A stretch of DNA of 64,000 nt from Takakia lepidozioides (lineage: Eukaryota; Plantae; Bryophyta), in NCBI GenBank assembly GCA_030704615.1, contig CM060734.1, positions 56,544,001 to 56,608,000 on the forward strand. The letters run 5' to 3'. This document shows positions 1 through 13,864 of the stretch, one piece after another. The notes below the pieces were generated by a model, which did not search any database, was not told where the DNA came from, and worked only from the letters and a program-made list of their open reading frames with translations. The number at the start of each line of letters is the position of its first letter. Within the stretch, counting starts at the first letter, position 1. Both the position numbers and the translations under genes were made by a program.

Positions 1-1204
1 ATGAGTGCCCATCTCTGCACAGCCAGAAAACACCAAAACTTGAGTATATACCAATGTGAGTCAGTTACATCTCCAATACCCTCACACACCTTCACTGTTC
101 CAGCCAGTCAAATGGCAATACTTTTATTGCTCCAGGCTGATGGGCTATATGCTGAGTGCCAATCTGTCCATCACACAATTCCCAGCTAGATCCATGGGCC
201 GCAGTCTCTAAACAGGTCTTGGGAGTACTCACCCTATGACTCCTCCAAATACCTATTTCTGCTCAAGAACACCCACCAACTTTAAAACAAGCTGTTCATG
301 GGACAACTGCCATGAATCCTAGACGAATGTCTAGCTTTCCCAGCAAGAAACTTCTGCTTAAGCTATTGTCCAGGCTACGTAGAAACACCTTTCCAGCCCC
401 ACCAAGAGCAAACCTAAACAGGATTACAAACCTAAAGGGGCACTTTTACCAATACGAGGGACAACGTGCTATGCTATGATGAAGATCGGTGGCCAGAAAC
501 TTGTAGATTTAACAGAATACGCTGCGAAATGGGGTGTGTTGCTTGTATTGCAGCCCTTATGATCCAGTCATCTGTGAGGAGGATGCACTGACTGGCTCAG
601 ACTCCTATATTCAAGAATTGTCCATAGGGGTGTGTCAGTGTTCAGGCAGTAGCGACCAGTCATCGGCAGAACTCTTTATGTGTGGTTTTCACGTCTTAGT
701 TACCCTGATCTAAACTGCAGAGCTGCAACATACTGCAGTCTAACAGTACCAAGAGAACAGGGACGGAATACCAGGGGCAATCACACATGTGTCCCAAATC
801 AAAGAAAATGTGCAACAAAGCAAAGCTAACATTAGCACATTCCTGTACCAGACATGGTGCAGCAAAGTGATCCTCCATAAAGATGAACCAAGGAAAATAG
901 TCAAACTGCTAAACAGTGAGCCCTGTCCTGTGCCCCATCACTACAATTTGGTAGTAAAACTGTAGAGGGACGCTACCATCACACCCAAATACATGTCAGC
1001 ATAGTGGATGATCATTGTCCTCAAACAGAAAGGCACCCAGTATGCAGACCTGGGGCCAGAGATACATGTAAATGTTACTCTGCTGCAAGGTTGCTCAACA
1101 ACACTGGAACCCAGGATAATCACGTCGATGGCTGATGAACGCAGGTGATTTCCCCATGGCATTCTTGTGAACTTTAGGGACTCAATACATAGATAGACAC
1201 ACAC

Positions 1205-4052
1205 CTGAGAAAGCTGTGAGGCAGTCCGTTCATAGTTGAAGCCGCACTTCAGGATATTTGTCCAATTGCCCTCGCCACACTTCTCAACAGCTGCAATAAG
1301 TTCCAAGTCCTCCTCGGGGGTCCAAAGCCTTCGCTTCTTCCTATCTGTCTGACTTAAAACTCCAGCCAGCAGAGCATTAGCATTTGCGGAAGTGGGGGCT
1401 GAGTTTCCTGATTGGCTGTTCCCAGTGGCATTCCAAGCCGCAAGCCCATTGGTTGGTGTAGGAACTCCTTTAGCAGATGTAGTGCCTGCCAATGTTCCTC
1501 CCCCATTTGAAGTACCTGACAAAGCTGGAACCTGTCCGAGTGAAGGGTCACAATTGTCAACATGTGTGTGCCCATAAAATTGAATGTACTCATAAGACAT
1601 TGTTTGTGCCTTGTGGCCATAGACCCTGCCCCCAGTTAGGGCAGAACGAAAGAGGGAACATATACTTAACTTTGTGAGGGGGCTCACTCCAGTAGTGGGA
1701 CTTACCTCGGTATAACCAATTAGTTTGGGCTTCCCAGATATCCTCTAGAAAGCCCTTCACACAAGCATCAGCCTGCTGTGCCTGTGAAATAGAGGAAGAC
1801 ACACAGACAGGAAAAAGCAGAGTGCCCTTGCAAAGACCGGGATTACAAGAATCACCCACATGAATAACTGCTGCAGCAAGATCTCCATCTTTAGATTTTG
1901 ACTTTGAGATCTGATCTGCCTTTCGTTTGAGAGCAACACCTGTGATCCCATGTCGTTGCATGTCTGCCTGCATCATAGCAGTCCACTAGTAGTTATAATC
2001 CACTAGTAATTGAGAAAGCTAAGTAATCTAAGATCTCCATGACTACACAACCACTTGGCAAGTTGACACCCATCGAACAACTCACCCCGTAATAACCAGG
2101 ACTGTATTGCGAGCCAGCTTGTTGTGGGAGCTTTCTTGCTGAAACCACCGGTGGGATTTGTTGCTGAACTTCTAGAAAATCCCAGCCAGAGTGACATTGG
2201 CCAACCAATGCTCCTTCATACATAACATGGTAACTGTACTAGCACAAAGCTCTGGTGATCGATGGTTCGGAGTTACGCTAGTGCGATTGCAATTGTCATG
2301 AAGGTTCTGCTCCGGAAACTATTCAACCACCCCTTGCAAGATACAATCTCCTCATTCCTAGGTGGATACTCCACTGTCCTAGTCACAGCTATCTAAACCA
2401 TTTCACGAAACCCCTCACCCTGAACAACTGCAAAGGCAGAAGTGATCCTAGATCTAACATAACACCAAGGCATGATGGAGGAAAGCAATTACCTTAACAC
2501 ATAGAGACACCTCTCCTGCAGTTTCAGAGCTGACAGCAGGAACAGCCTCCAGCTCCAATTCAAGGTCACTTTCATCATCCTAAAATGTACAGTGGAATTT
2601 GAGACTCTGCGTGATTAGAATAACCTCCCATAAAGGAAGATCTTTATACATCACGGCGCTGTGTTGCGTCGAAACTTTCTGACCACTTCCTACAGGCTCG
2701 CTGTACTCAGGCACAGGACAAAATCCTATGGAGAATCAGAGACACAAAGTCTCCTTAGTGCTACCTGCATTCCCAAGAGCTTGACTGCAATCCTCATGAC
2801 CTGCTGCAGGACAGCAAGTATCCTGCGACATGATCTGTTGTGGTCAACATGTACAGGGAGAAAAACAGATTTCAATTCTCACTGCAAACCTTATATATAG
2901 GACAGCAGGTATAGATTTTACAGGAACAGCAAAAGAGATGCAAAGTTGAGCACAAACCAGAGGTTGAGTATCGTCATCCGAACATTGCCCAAGCTCGGCA
3001 CGATAGGCGAGTGACCGCCACAATGCTTGATACTCTCTTGCACTGGTGATGCCAGTGGTGGAGCTCTTAATCAGAGCATCCCAGTCCAGTTTTGCAGTCT
3101 CACATTTTGCGATTTCTCGCAGTAGAGTCAGCAATATGCTTGGACTGTACCTGTATCAGCAGTTGCAGTTTGCCAAGTTGATTAGCATCATCATCGATAT
3201 TGTGTGGATTCTCTCAGCGCCAGTAATATGCGTCTGGGGAAGGATTAAGGCTTACTGTAGGGTCTCAGGTTGCATGTGAAATGGCCTAAAATTTTGCTAT
3301 ATGTACAGCTTGAGATAGGAAAGTACTGGCAGACCCCCACTGTCTGACCTAGTCTGCGACGCGAAGTATGAATTCATACCAAACAGCCACATATATGTCA
3401 CCTTATTGTGGTTTGTATCCCGTATGAGAAGACAATACAAGCATGCGGGCTCCAGCTCCCGGTAAAATATACACCCCAATCGACACATGAGGAAGCAGTG
3501 GAGTGCCCGGACAGATGGATCTCTAATCTGTCATTCTACACCATACCTCCAATCCAGAAATCAGCTAAGAACGACATAAATCCTTCGGACCTTCTCAGTC
3601 ATAAGAGTCGAAAAAAGAGTGCAGATGCAACCACATGTTCTGGAGGATCAGCAAGCCCATGATCCGTTACCAGCATTGCTACCCATCACAATGTTTAGAG
3701 GCAACGGCGTCCATTGACGATAGGGCAGACAATAGCTGGCCTGGAGTTGATTGTACGATACAAACTGAGTTTCCATATACCAACCTAGACATGCCATCCC
3801 TGACGTTGAATTCCGACGTTGCGAGGAGATGCGTAACATCAACCAGGCTTTTACTCAGCCCCACGTTACTACACCCTGGCTGAACGATACAACTTCGATG
3901 TCAGAAACCCACTCATGAATACTCTTACCGACACAGAAGAACAAACCAAACGCAGTTGTCCCAGAGGTGAGAGCACGATCATCGTCTCTCATCCCATACC
4001 TTTTCACAAGAGGAGCGACGTCAGATTCTGAAAACGCAACTTTCTTCCTCAT
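1205..4052 (-). CDS. DRMY1-like single-Myb/SANT protein gene (spliced; 3' exons lie left of the window)
   Basis: Exons join at GT/AG: MRKKVAFSESDVAPLVKR (4052-4000), then YSPSILLTLLREIAK...TTGITSAREYQALWRSLAY (from 3150), then DDESDLELELEAVPAVS (about 2494-2580), then the Myb domain RKKRRLWTPEEDLELIAAVEKCGEGNWTNILK...RTASQLSQ ending at a donor at 1204. These motifs match my recall of the Arabidopsis DRMY1 (At1g58220)/At1g09710 family. Confidence 0.85.
1607..1780. repeat. Interspersed intronic repeat, copy 1 (SINE or LINE-tail-like)
   Basis: About 175 bp (gccttgtggccatagacc...cagtagtgggacttacct...aagcccttcacacaagcatc) recurs in the same orientation, diverged, at 20143-20311. Confidence 0.75.
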
Positions 4053-4957
4053 CCTGAAACAGCTGCAGCAGGCTACAAGCTGCCTACGGAGTTCTTCCTC
4101 GCTGCTGCATTCTGAATCCTGCCTGTTTTATCATTCCTCGAAGTTAGAGAGCAAGAATCCAGCCATCTTGCCACTTTCTTCTTGTCCACCAGGGTTTATG
4201 AAGGAGACAGTAGAGCCCTTTACTGCACTTCCGTCCAACCTGGGTGGTACTCACTGCGGGTACAACCGCGGTTACTTTACACTATAACAAAGATTCTGTA
4301 GCGCAGTGTTCGGAATGGAATGCAGATCACCAACACGAGAGCCGTGGACACTACTTGATGATTTATGCAAACCTCATCCCCAAGGCCGCGCAAATCTGTT
4401 GGAACTACCTCTTCAGTAGCAGGATGTCGTGAAGATTTTACTTGCCAGCATGGACGGGCACCCAAAATACCCAGATCCGATCGTACCTAGAACGACAAAT
4501 GCAGTTGCTGTCTGATTACCTCCTGCTGTGTACGATTTAAGAAGCATGTAGTTCAGTGTGGGGGTTTTGTGTGGTTTAGTCTCAACACCACATGAAGAGC
4601 ATGCGTATTGAGGAGCCTATTGTTTCGCGTCTATTATTTCCCTTGCCGATGAGCAGCAGAAGGTGAACTTTATTTGATGACTATCTTCCTTTGCCGACTG
4701 CCGACCTAGCCACATCAAAGACGGCATCTCGATCCGTGATGTAAGTTGCAAACATGAAGCTTTAATGCTAAGATGTTTTCTGGGTTCGCACGGAGAGGCG
4801 TGTTCTGTAGTCTCGTGAGTCTAGTGAGTTGCATGGCAGTAATTTGTTTGGTTGCAGCTGACTGAAAATTGGAGATTGTGTCGATTGCAATGATAGGGAG
4901 ATAGGGCAGCCAGAGGTGATCGATGAGAAGTACAATCCAAGTAAACAGGTCACTGCA

Positions 4958-7900
4958 ATGGCGGGCACATCTGCAGATGTGAGCCCTGCAGCAGCCCATG
5001 AAGATGCGGGAGGAGAAAGAAGAGGTGGTGAAGTTGGAGCGGCTGACTTCTCACAGGGGGTTTCCCTTCAAAGGACTTTTGGGGCTCCCAAGTTCGATAT
5101 CAAATCAGCGGCCCAGTCACTGGCAGTACAACCAGTACCGAATTCGCGGCCAGACCTTTGGGGCATGTTGAGTGCTCTTTCTGACAAAGCTAGGAGTCGA
5201 CCTCAGGTATGGGCGCACTTTCCATCCTTTCCACGAGGGTAGTTCATAATAATAATGGTGGACAGTGGTGCAACAAGTAATTCTGGGAATATGAGATGTC
5301 CAGTGCATGGTGATCTCATTCTTGATCTTGAAGCTAGGTCATGCGCATTGCGCAGTTATACTCATGTCACGTCCTGTATGGTTGGGAGGTTCAGATGCTG
5401 TTTGCGGGTGCCTATGTGGTTTAGAGTAGTGGAATTAAGACTGCGCATATGTAGGAGTAGATGAGCAATTAGCAGCACTGCAAGCTAGTTATGTGTATTG
5501 TGACTTCTGCTTTACTTCTGCTTTGCCTCCTCATGGAGAGGCACCTCAGGATACTCATTTCATGGGGTGACCTTGGTGGTTTGGTAAAGGGTTCCCACAT
5601 TATGTTGCACACTTCAGAGCACATACTGGGTCGCATTGTGAAGGATGTGTGTTGCCGAATCGAATCACCAAATGTTAGTGGAAGGCATTGCACAGTTTGT
5701 AGGAAAATTGCGACTTCAGATGGAAGAACCCGGCCCTTCAATCGCAATCTATGTGCTGGAGAGCATGTGGTGGTTACCGTCAAAGATTTTAGGTACAACC
5801 TTTTTTTACCTGATGAAAATTGGGGATTGCTATGGATAGTGTCATTGGCTTCCCTGCTGGCTAGAGGAAGCGGCTCGTATTTACGCTGGCTTCTACCGGA
5901 GTCTGTTTTCTCTCTCTCTCTCTCTCTCTCTCCCCCTCTCTTTGATTTGGTATGCATTGTAGTTTCTCCGTATAGGCAACCAATAGATGGGATTAGTTTG
6001 GTTTGAAGTTTTCTTTTGAGCTACACCAATGGAGGGTAGAATATGGCATAATATCGAAGCTTTGCTACTGTCTTTGGCTGATTTTGATGTGGAATGTAGC
6101 TCAAATGGAACATATATTAACCATCAAAGACTCCAGAAAAATGGTGCTGAAGTACAACTCCAGCATGGGGACATTCTCTCACTGGTTGCTGCAGCAGAGC
6201 ATGGTGAGCAAAATTTATTTTATCCTTGTGAATTACTGGCAGTAGGTGGGTTGGTTATGTGGACATATAGAAGTTGGAATTTCTCACTTTTGGGATCTCT
6301 ATCTGGTTCCTAATATATACAGCCACCTTCTCTAGGGGGCAACCCTAATAACATTTTGTCCCATGTTTTTTCATCTCCAGAAAATGCGTTCGCGTTCGTC
6401 TACCGGGAGGTGTCAGCAGTCAGAAATGTGGCAGGTCCATCAGCCTCAGGTGAACCTAGCGAGGCAATACGGCAGCCTCTTAAGAGAAAGGACACCCCAC
6501 CTGGTAAGCTTTTCCTTGGAACTGTTAGGAGAGGCATTGGGTCTTGTTTCCACCCACTGTATTGAGTATTGCATTGTCATGTTCTATCACAGCCTCAACA
6601 AATGCAGGAACTATTCCCATGAAGAGACTGCCCTTTACAGCAGAGTTTGCTGTGATCGACTGGTAGGGGCCTGCAGATTATGCTTTGATAGTTAATGGTT
6701 GAGCTGGAAGCTAGTGTGAGTAGGTTCATTCCAATGGTGTTGGAGGCCTGTGATTTGTTGGTCCTGTGCTGTAAGAGGAGAACTTGTGATGTGCCATCTG
6801 GGTTCAGAAGACTGGGGTATGGTGTTGGCCTCCCTGTTGTGCTGTCCAGCACACTTCTGATTGATCCACTTTGCAAAGGATTCCTCATATTTTACGGCTG
6901 CTATGTAGTATTATAGTATCCTATCTCAGCTCTTGGAGCTAATTGTTCAATTGTCTATTCCCTGATGAGATTGTCTAGCTAAACTGGCTTGCAAGCTCTG
7001 GTAGAAAGTAACATTGTTGTTTATGTTCAGAGGATGAGGCCGAAGGAGACGGTGGAGATGCAAAGCGTATCAAGGGCCTTGGTAGTGGTGGGCCCGATGG
7101 TCCTGTCTTTCTCAACGATGTTCGTCGACTGCAACGATCAAATGAGGTGAGGAAGCTGGTGCTTTGATTTCCATGACAGTCTGGAAAAGGAATACTTTAT
7201 AAGCTCAGTAGGTGCTCAGTATCTCTATCTGAGCATCTCCTGTAGGGAGTATTGGAAATCAGATCTCAGATAGAATAGTTTGCAAAACTTGGGAGTACTT
7301 GGATTGTCCACCAGTCTGGCTTGCTCCAAAGGATTACCACAAATGTTGGGTTGTCAAGAGTGCAAACATCGATTGTGTAGAGTACCCAGACAACAAGTGA
7401 AACCCCAAGTTAGCAGAGTTCTGACCATGAAGCGCTGCAGGATGAGCCTGCGTTGGGCAGGGCAACATTGGGTGCACCTTGGGTCTCAAGGGTGGTGTCG
7501 GGTTGAAATTCAGAACCCAGATTGACTGCTGGGCTCTCATTTTCGCCTGAGTGGGTGCCAACAAGGCTTCACTTTCCCCTAGTGTAAAGCCTCCAAAGCC
7601 TATTGAGAAATTCTGACAAATGAATTGTTGCCATTTCAATCTGGTCAATTGGGATGAAGAATACCGTCAGTGATATCTACGACAGTTAAGGAAGGAAGGG
7701 TTGAGAGAGAGATGTGTTCTGTGATGCAGTTCTCCAGTTGTGATCATACACTTGATTGTTCCAACCTCGGTGGTAGTCACCTACGTTTATTTTTAGGATG
7801 GAATGGTTTAGTTCACATTGTTGGGGTATTTTTTGGAAGCAGGAGCTGAGGCAGCAGTTGGAGGCCCATGTGCTCAATATTGAGAAGATGCGCTCTGAAC

Positions 7901-10900
7901 ACCGCGCTGCCGAGGCGCGCCATGATGCTGTTGGCTTCTGACCCACTTTCTTGTTTTCAAACTTTGCAGGCTGTACATGATTCTAGTTGTGTTGTCAACT
8001 AGAAGTCTGGGCTTCATGTAGCCAGTATTGGAGAAGCCCAGCAAGTCTTGGTCTCTTAGCTGTTGTTAGCTCTTCTGTTTAGTGCTGATGTGCATTGCTG
8101 TGAACTTCATCACAACATGCTGTCATAACAATTCCTTGGTCTTGACTTGCAATGTATGTTGATCATGATCAGAGTTTAGTTTATTAAGTGTGATGTTCCT
8201 TCATTTGCAGCTTGGTTTGCAACCTGATGCAAATGAATATGCGCCAATATCTGTTCCCTGGGAGACTTTGTCAAATTCAGTTCACTTGATATACATGAAG
8301 GTTTTGGGTCAAAGACCTCTGATTACTGATGTCTTGCATTTAACTGTGAGGTAAAATCTCCTGTTCTCCATTTCTCAGGAGGTAAAGGAAGTGCGGGCAT
8401 CTGTTTCAGATAAGTTTACAATCCAGATAGAGGACATCCGAGTTGAGCTTGCCAAGAAAGGAAAGGAGCTGGAGGAATCTGTCACAATATGTTCCCAGCA
8501 GCAAACCACTATCGAGGATCTGAAGCAGCATCTTGCAGTTGCTGCCCAGTCACGCTTTGATGCAGAAGAGGCCATAGAAAAGTATCTAACATATCTTCCT
8601 CCTTTCAGGGATTACAAAGGAATTTATGTAGAAGTCTTTACTATCATCTTTCTTAGTGTGCTCTTTCAAACTGTGCCTATCTTAGAGACATTGGTTGGCA
8701 TTTTTCTGCCTCTCAAGGTCATTAAAACAGATAGTTGCTCTCGTGGAGAGGCTGAATTTGTGGTTATGCTGGAGCTAATGCAGTTGATATTTGAAGCTTT
8801 AAGTGAAGAGCCTAAGGGCCTTGGCACCTGAATATTACTTGTCAGTCAGAGGTCGTCAACCCTACGTCTAAGATTCCAAAGTTCAGTAATTGTTCCAAGT
8901 TAACATGAAGATATTCTGACAGGAGAAGCTCACCTGTCTCTCACACGCCAATGTCCACCAACATACTAAGGATTCCTTGATTGCAGACAGAAAGGCAGTA
9001 TTCAAGAACTGGAGAAACGGCTGGAGGATGAACGTATTCAGCACACCAAGGAAAGGGCAGAGGCAGAAGCGAATATGAAGGCAGCTTTGGAACGAGTGCG
9101 CATTGAAGCCTCAGAAGAGCTCAAGCGACAGATGGAGGCTGCTGCCCGTCAGAGCAAGCAGCATGGAGACATGATACTGGCCCTTCAGGTTTCCTTTCCC
9201 TTCCATCAACTCGTCAGCACTGAAGCAGAGTCCTCAGTCACTTCTTCTAAGGTTTATGGTCAATTGGATTATTTTTATAAGTAGATCAACCTCAGGCCTG
9301 AAAAGATATCCAATCCAGCATGTGACGACCTCCACGAAATGTTGCATATCAAGTGTTTCCCTAGTCTGTCTCTCTACTGCCTTGTCCTCACCTTTGATCA
9401 TCTCTCTCTCTCTCTCAGTTGACATCACCCGTTCAACCAAACAAACAAACATGCAGCAATCTGATTGACCATCCCAATCACCCTGCACTATGATTCAATT
9501 CCACTATAGCATCTTTTGACTATCCAGTTATAGTTTGCTAGTTCACTCTGGTGGCATTGGTGGGTTGACACAACGAGGTTGTGTGTTTGCACCTTTCATA
9601 TAGTCCCCATGGTTCTCTCGAGTGTTATTACCTGGAAAAGAGAGCTATGAGTGATCATTGGCATCTTACATGCCTAGATTGTCACAGGGTCGGTGACATT
9701 TTTTGGGGGCATTTGCTCTTTGGAGATGCCACGAGGAAGACTACCGTTTTTGTCACTAGTGGGTTGTCCATCCATTTGAGTAGTCTCCAGACAGTAAGCA
9801 GATTGTTTCCAATAAGGTACTCATACGAGTGGCTTTCAGAGGTGCCCTAGCAGCTTACAAGTAACTATACCTTGAATTGATACCTTCTGGCTGCAGGAAG
9901 CAGACAAAGAGAACCGAATTGTGGCTGAAAACCTGAGGAAAAAAATGGTAAGCTCACCGTTTCTCATCTTGGGAAGTCAAAATTGAGGGATACTAGCAGT
10001 CTACTTGAAAGCTTTGAGACCTTGCTGTAGAGTCCATGTCGAGGGTGTAACATAGACCGGAGTGACTCTTGTCTATGTATTTACACATTTGACTCAAGGT
10101 TGGCTTCATCGAACACTGGAACCCGAGTTGACTGAAAGTATAACACATCACATTCGAAATTGTTGCACACTGATGTTTATTCTCCAGGGAAGAGTCATGA
10201 ACAAATTCGTTGGCCCATCAGGCATGGCTTGGGTCATGAGATACCCTGTAGCTTTATGATAATGGTACAAGCTAGCCAGTAGATTAGGACTTGAGAGGAA
10301 CAACATTTCAGAATGTGCATGTCTTTTGGATTTTGTCACAGGATTTTGAAAGGGCAGCAGTTGTAACTGCCGAGGAAAAATGCCGCCGCTTGGAGGCTCA
10401 GCTTCAGGAGGAACGAAATCTCATGGCAATTGCACGCGATGTAAGTCTTGCCAATACTGCCATTACCATCTTGAGTGGTTTCCGGCGACACTAATTGGCA
10501 AAAGCTCACAAGCATGGGCTTCATATTTAATTGCAGCTGGTTGCACTTACTCCCTTGTGCTGAAGGTACCCGCCACCTATGGATTTCAAGCCTGACAGTG
10601 TAGTGAGCCAATGAAGTAAGCTGTAATTGTTGCTACTGTTCTTAGCATGGTTCAGCAATCACTGGAGAGTGCTTTGCTGTGGGTTGTTCGACATGTCCTT
10701 GAACTTTGTCGTTGCCCTTGTCCAACTGGATGTATCTCAACCTTGCTGGCATATTTAGCTTGAAGTGACTCCATGCTCTTCAGCTAATGGAATATGTCTA
10801 TGTTTGTGTGTTGATGTAGAGAGCTGTTGAAGTTGAGAAGGAATTGCAGCAAGCATACAAGGAGTTGGAAGGCGAAAAGGTAAAATGTTGTAGACTTTGT

Positions 10901-13469
10901 CGATGTTATCTGGGTTCATTTGTCTTTTGGAGATTCCCCAAAAGGGCTTACCTCCTGTGCAGTTCCTTAATACATGTGGGGAATAGGTGTGGTTATCTTC
11001 TTTGTCATATTTGGATGTCAATTTCCTGAGATCATTGTGTCTGAGTTAATCTTATGGGCTTCGATAGCTGCGGTTGTACCTTAAGATTTCAATGTCATGG
11101 TGTACACCGATTGACTTCACAGTAACCTGCAGACTTAGAAACAGTTAGTTAAACAGGGGTATGTGTGTCAGGCTTCAAGGGAAGTTGCAGAGGCCAAGGT
11201 TGCAAGTCTGGAGTTCGAGATGGAAGCAGCTATGAGGGACCTCGCATTAGAGAAACGGCGGTTGCAAGGTGCACGAGAGCGCATTGTTCTCCGGTATGTA
11301 GGTTGGGATGCAACTCTGTTATTTCTCGAATGTTTTAGCACGCGTCACTCCAAACATTGAAATGTGAAAACTAAGAGGCGCATGCCTTTTCGGGAAAAAT
11401 AAATAAAAATTGTGAGGTCACATTGAAATGCGAAGTTTCTGAGTTTGAGTGTTTTAATTTGAACAAGGTTAAGAAGGATGCTCACATATGGTGCTTTGGG
11501 GAGAGTTATTCTACTGCTCACTCACTGTAAATTCTATTCCATTTTTGAGAGGTGGATCAGAAATTATAGAAAGCAGCTAAGTCCTGGCCCTGGGTGTCAT
11601 TGTAGCAGAGAAACTCAGCTTCGAGCATTCCACTCCACTGCTGCAGAAATTGCCTCCCTGCAACAGAAGCAACAGGACCAGCTTGCTTCAATGTTGAGGA
11701 CATTAGAAGATGGTGAAAGCGAGAACAATAAGTGTGATGTGGATGCACGCAGTTCAACCCCATCCACAAAAGCTTATGGGGGTTCACCTGATCATGACAG
11801 TAGGCTGAATGGTAAAGCTAGCAAGGATGGAGGAGGGGCCACCCAGGGTAGATCTGGCAGTCAGCCTATGCAATTTGACACAGAGGCCCAGTCTCCACAC
11901 AATACTATCATGGCAAGCATGCATGCAAATAATGTCAACAACATCCCAGAGGGTGACAGGCCCAGCGGTACAAACGGTCTTCCCAGCAATTCTGACGACA
12001 CAAATGATGGGAGCAGCTGTGAAGGGAAACCAAGAGACACAGAGATGACAGAGGAGGCTTCCGGAGAAGAAAACATCAAACAGGACTGGATGGGTGGGGA
12101 TACACAAGTTGATAATTGGAGGACGGCCCCTACATTGGACCCTCCCATTGCTTCAAGAGGGACCAAGGTTCAAGGTAGCAAGACCTTCATTGAAGAATGC
12201 GTTTTCGGTAGTAAGGCAGGTTCTCGCCCATCTTCAACAGGTGCCGAGGTTGGATATACACAGCTATTGGAAGTTGGAGTTGCAGTTGCTCTGGAAGATA
12301 CTGAGTGGGGTAAGGCAGGTTCTCGCCCATCTTCGACAGGTGCCGAGGTTGGATATACACAGCTATTGGAAGTTGGAGTTGCAGTTGCTCTGGAAGATAC
12401 TGAGTGGGGGCAAAATTTAAGAAAAGTTGAGGAGTCTGATAACCAAGCAGCTTCCAAGTCTTTAGGACACACACCCGGGTCTCATGTGTTGGATGCTGGT
12501 TCTCTTGGATTGAAAGTTGAGTGTCCACCACAGAATGATGACCAAAAAGAGAAAGACGAGAAAATGGAAAATGAAGATGACGACGAGTCGCAAAATGACA
12601 ACGTTAATGAGATACCAGGGGAGACGATGTTGCTGGATGATGAAGAGTATGAGAAGAATCAGGGCCTGTTGTGTCGGGGGGGGAATCATGGGGCAAGGGT
12701 TGAGAACCAAATGGTGCCCTTTAGTACGGACAAAGACATCATTGAGACCCCACAAGGTCCCCGTTTGGACTTTCCAGACAACGGTAGACGACACATCGCT
12801 GGGGATGATGGCTGCAGCATGAACAAGGGGGAACAATGGGAGCCTGTGGCCGCAAACGAGCATTTCAGGGTAGGCAGTGCCGGATTGAATGAGGCAGAGA
12901 CAGAAAGCCGCAGAGAGTTTAAAAACTCCCTCGGCACAGCTGATCTAATGGCATCAGAGGCTGCTGGCAGCTGGGCAGTGGGTACCCCTGCCTCTGCTCA
13001 TGGAGACAACGACTCTTGTTATAGTGATGACCCAGATGTTGGTAGGGAAGGTGCCCGTAGAATTAGTGATGAAGTAGACCAGGTAGAGTTTGCAGCAAGC
13101 CAAGTGGCCACCAATGATCTTCAGAAAGGGAAGCTGGGCCCCAGCAGCTCAGATTGTCCTGAAAGGAGAGATCTCAATGGTATAGATCCCGATGTGAATG
13201 CCAGTCAGACAACTCCGAAGATGAGCGGCCAGAGTCTGGTGGGCCCAACTTCCAATGAGCATCTAGCTCTGAGCGAAATGCTGAGCATAGTAGCACCTGA
13301 GTTTGGCAATTTGCAGGTAGTAGGAAGGAGAACTAATGACGTTTCAGACTCTGAGAGTCAGGAGGATCAGAGTACAGGTGAGGAAGAGGATGGAAGTCGT
13401 GAAGAGGGTGAAATTGGATGCTCCGTCGGGTTAGAACCTGTCAACCAGTCTCCTTCTGTATCTGACTAA
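4958..13469 (+). CDS. SMAD/FHA-domain and coiled-coil protein gene (At2g45460-like), multi-exon
   Basis: FHA motifs are spread over exons: HILGR, VSGRHC, KDFS/SNGTYIN and LQHGDILSL. Also GPDGPVFLNDVRRLQRSN (about 7090-7146), coiled-coil exons at 7840-11290, and RETQLRAFHSTAAEI and TADLMASEAAGSWA in the long last exon. Stop codon at 13467-13469. Confidence 0.88.
12211..12408 (+). repeat. In-frame 99-bp tandem duplication (33 aa) in the last exon of the FHA gene
   Basis: Units 12211-12309 and 12310-12408 differ by one synonymous base. The peptide KAGSRPSSTGAEVGYTQLLEVGVAVALEDTEWG occurs twice. Confidence 0.95.
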
Positions 13470-13864
13470 TATTGTACTGTAAGATCATTGCAATCTTCTG
13501 AGCCTGAATGTTGATGATCTGATGATCCCTGGCATGTCCATGTGTGTGGTGAAAATCTATCAAGACTGTTACCAAGATAAACCATTGCTGCTCTTGAAGT
13601 TTTTCTGCAGAAACCCGATGTTATACATACAGCATTGAGAAAGATAAATTCGATGAGGAAGAGAGTTTGCAAGCAGGTGGTGTCCTAGCAAAACATAACA
13701 AACTGACATAATGGGATTTAGAAGACGATACACTATTTCCTCTTCATGGGACAATTTCCCACCAATACCAGAGACCTCGTCTACTGATTTTCTTTGCTTC
13801 CCCACTGCTCTCAACCCAAATTTTAAATCACTACACTGAATATGTGTACATAAGCAAGCACCCC

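Noticed and set aside
190-940. Possible LINE C-terminal remnant in the Myb intron (LHIFFDLGHMCDCPW)
   Set aside because: Only a vague resemblance to a zf-RVT motif, with no RT motifs recoverable.
11478-13469. Stand-alone 663-aa ORF
   Set aside because: It is the last exon of the FHA gene, and its first ~43 codons are intron read-through.
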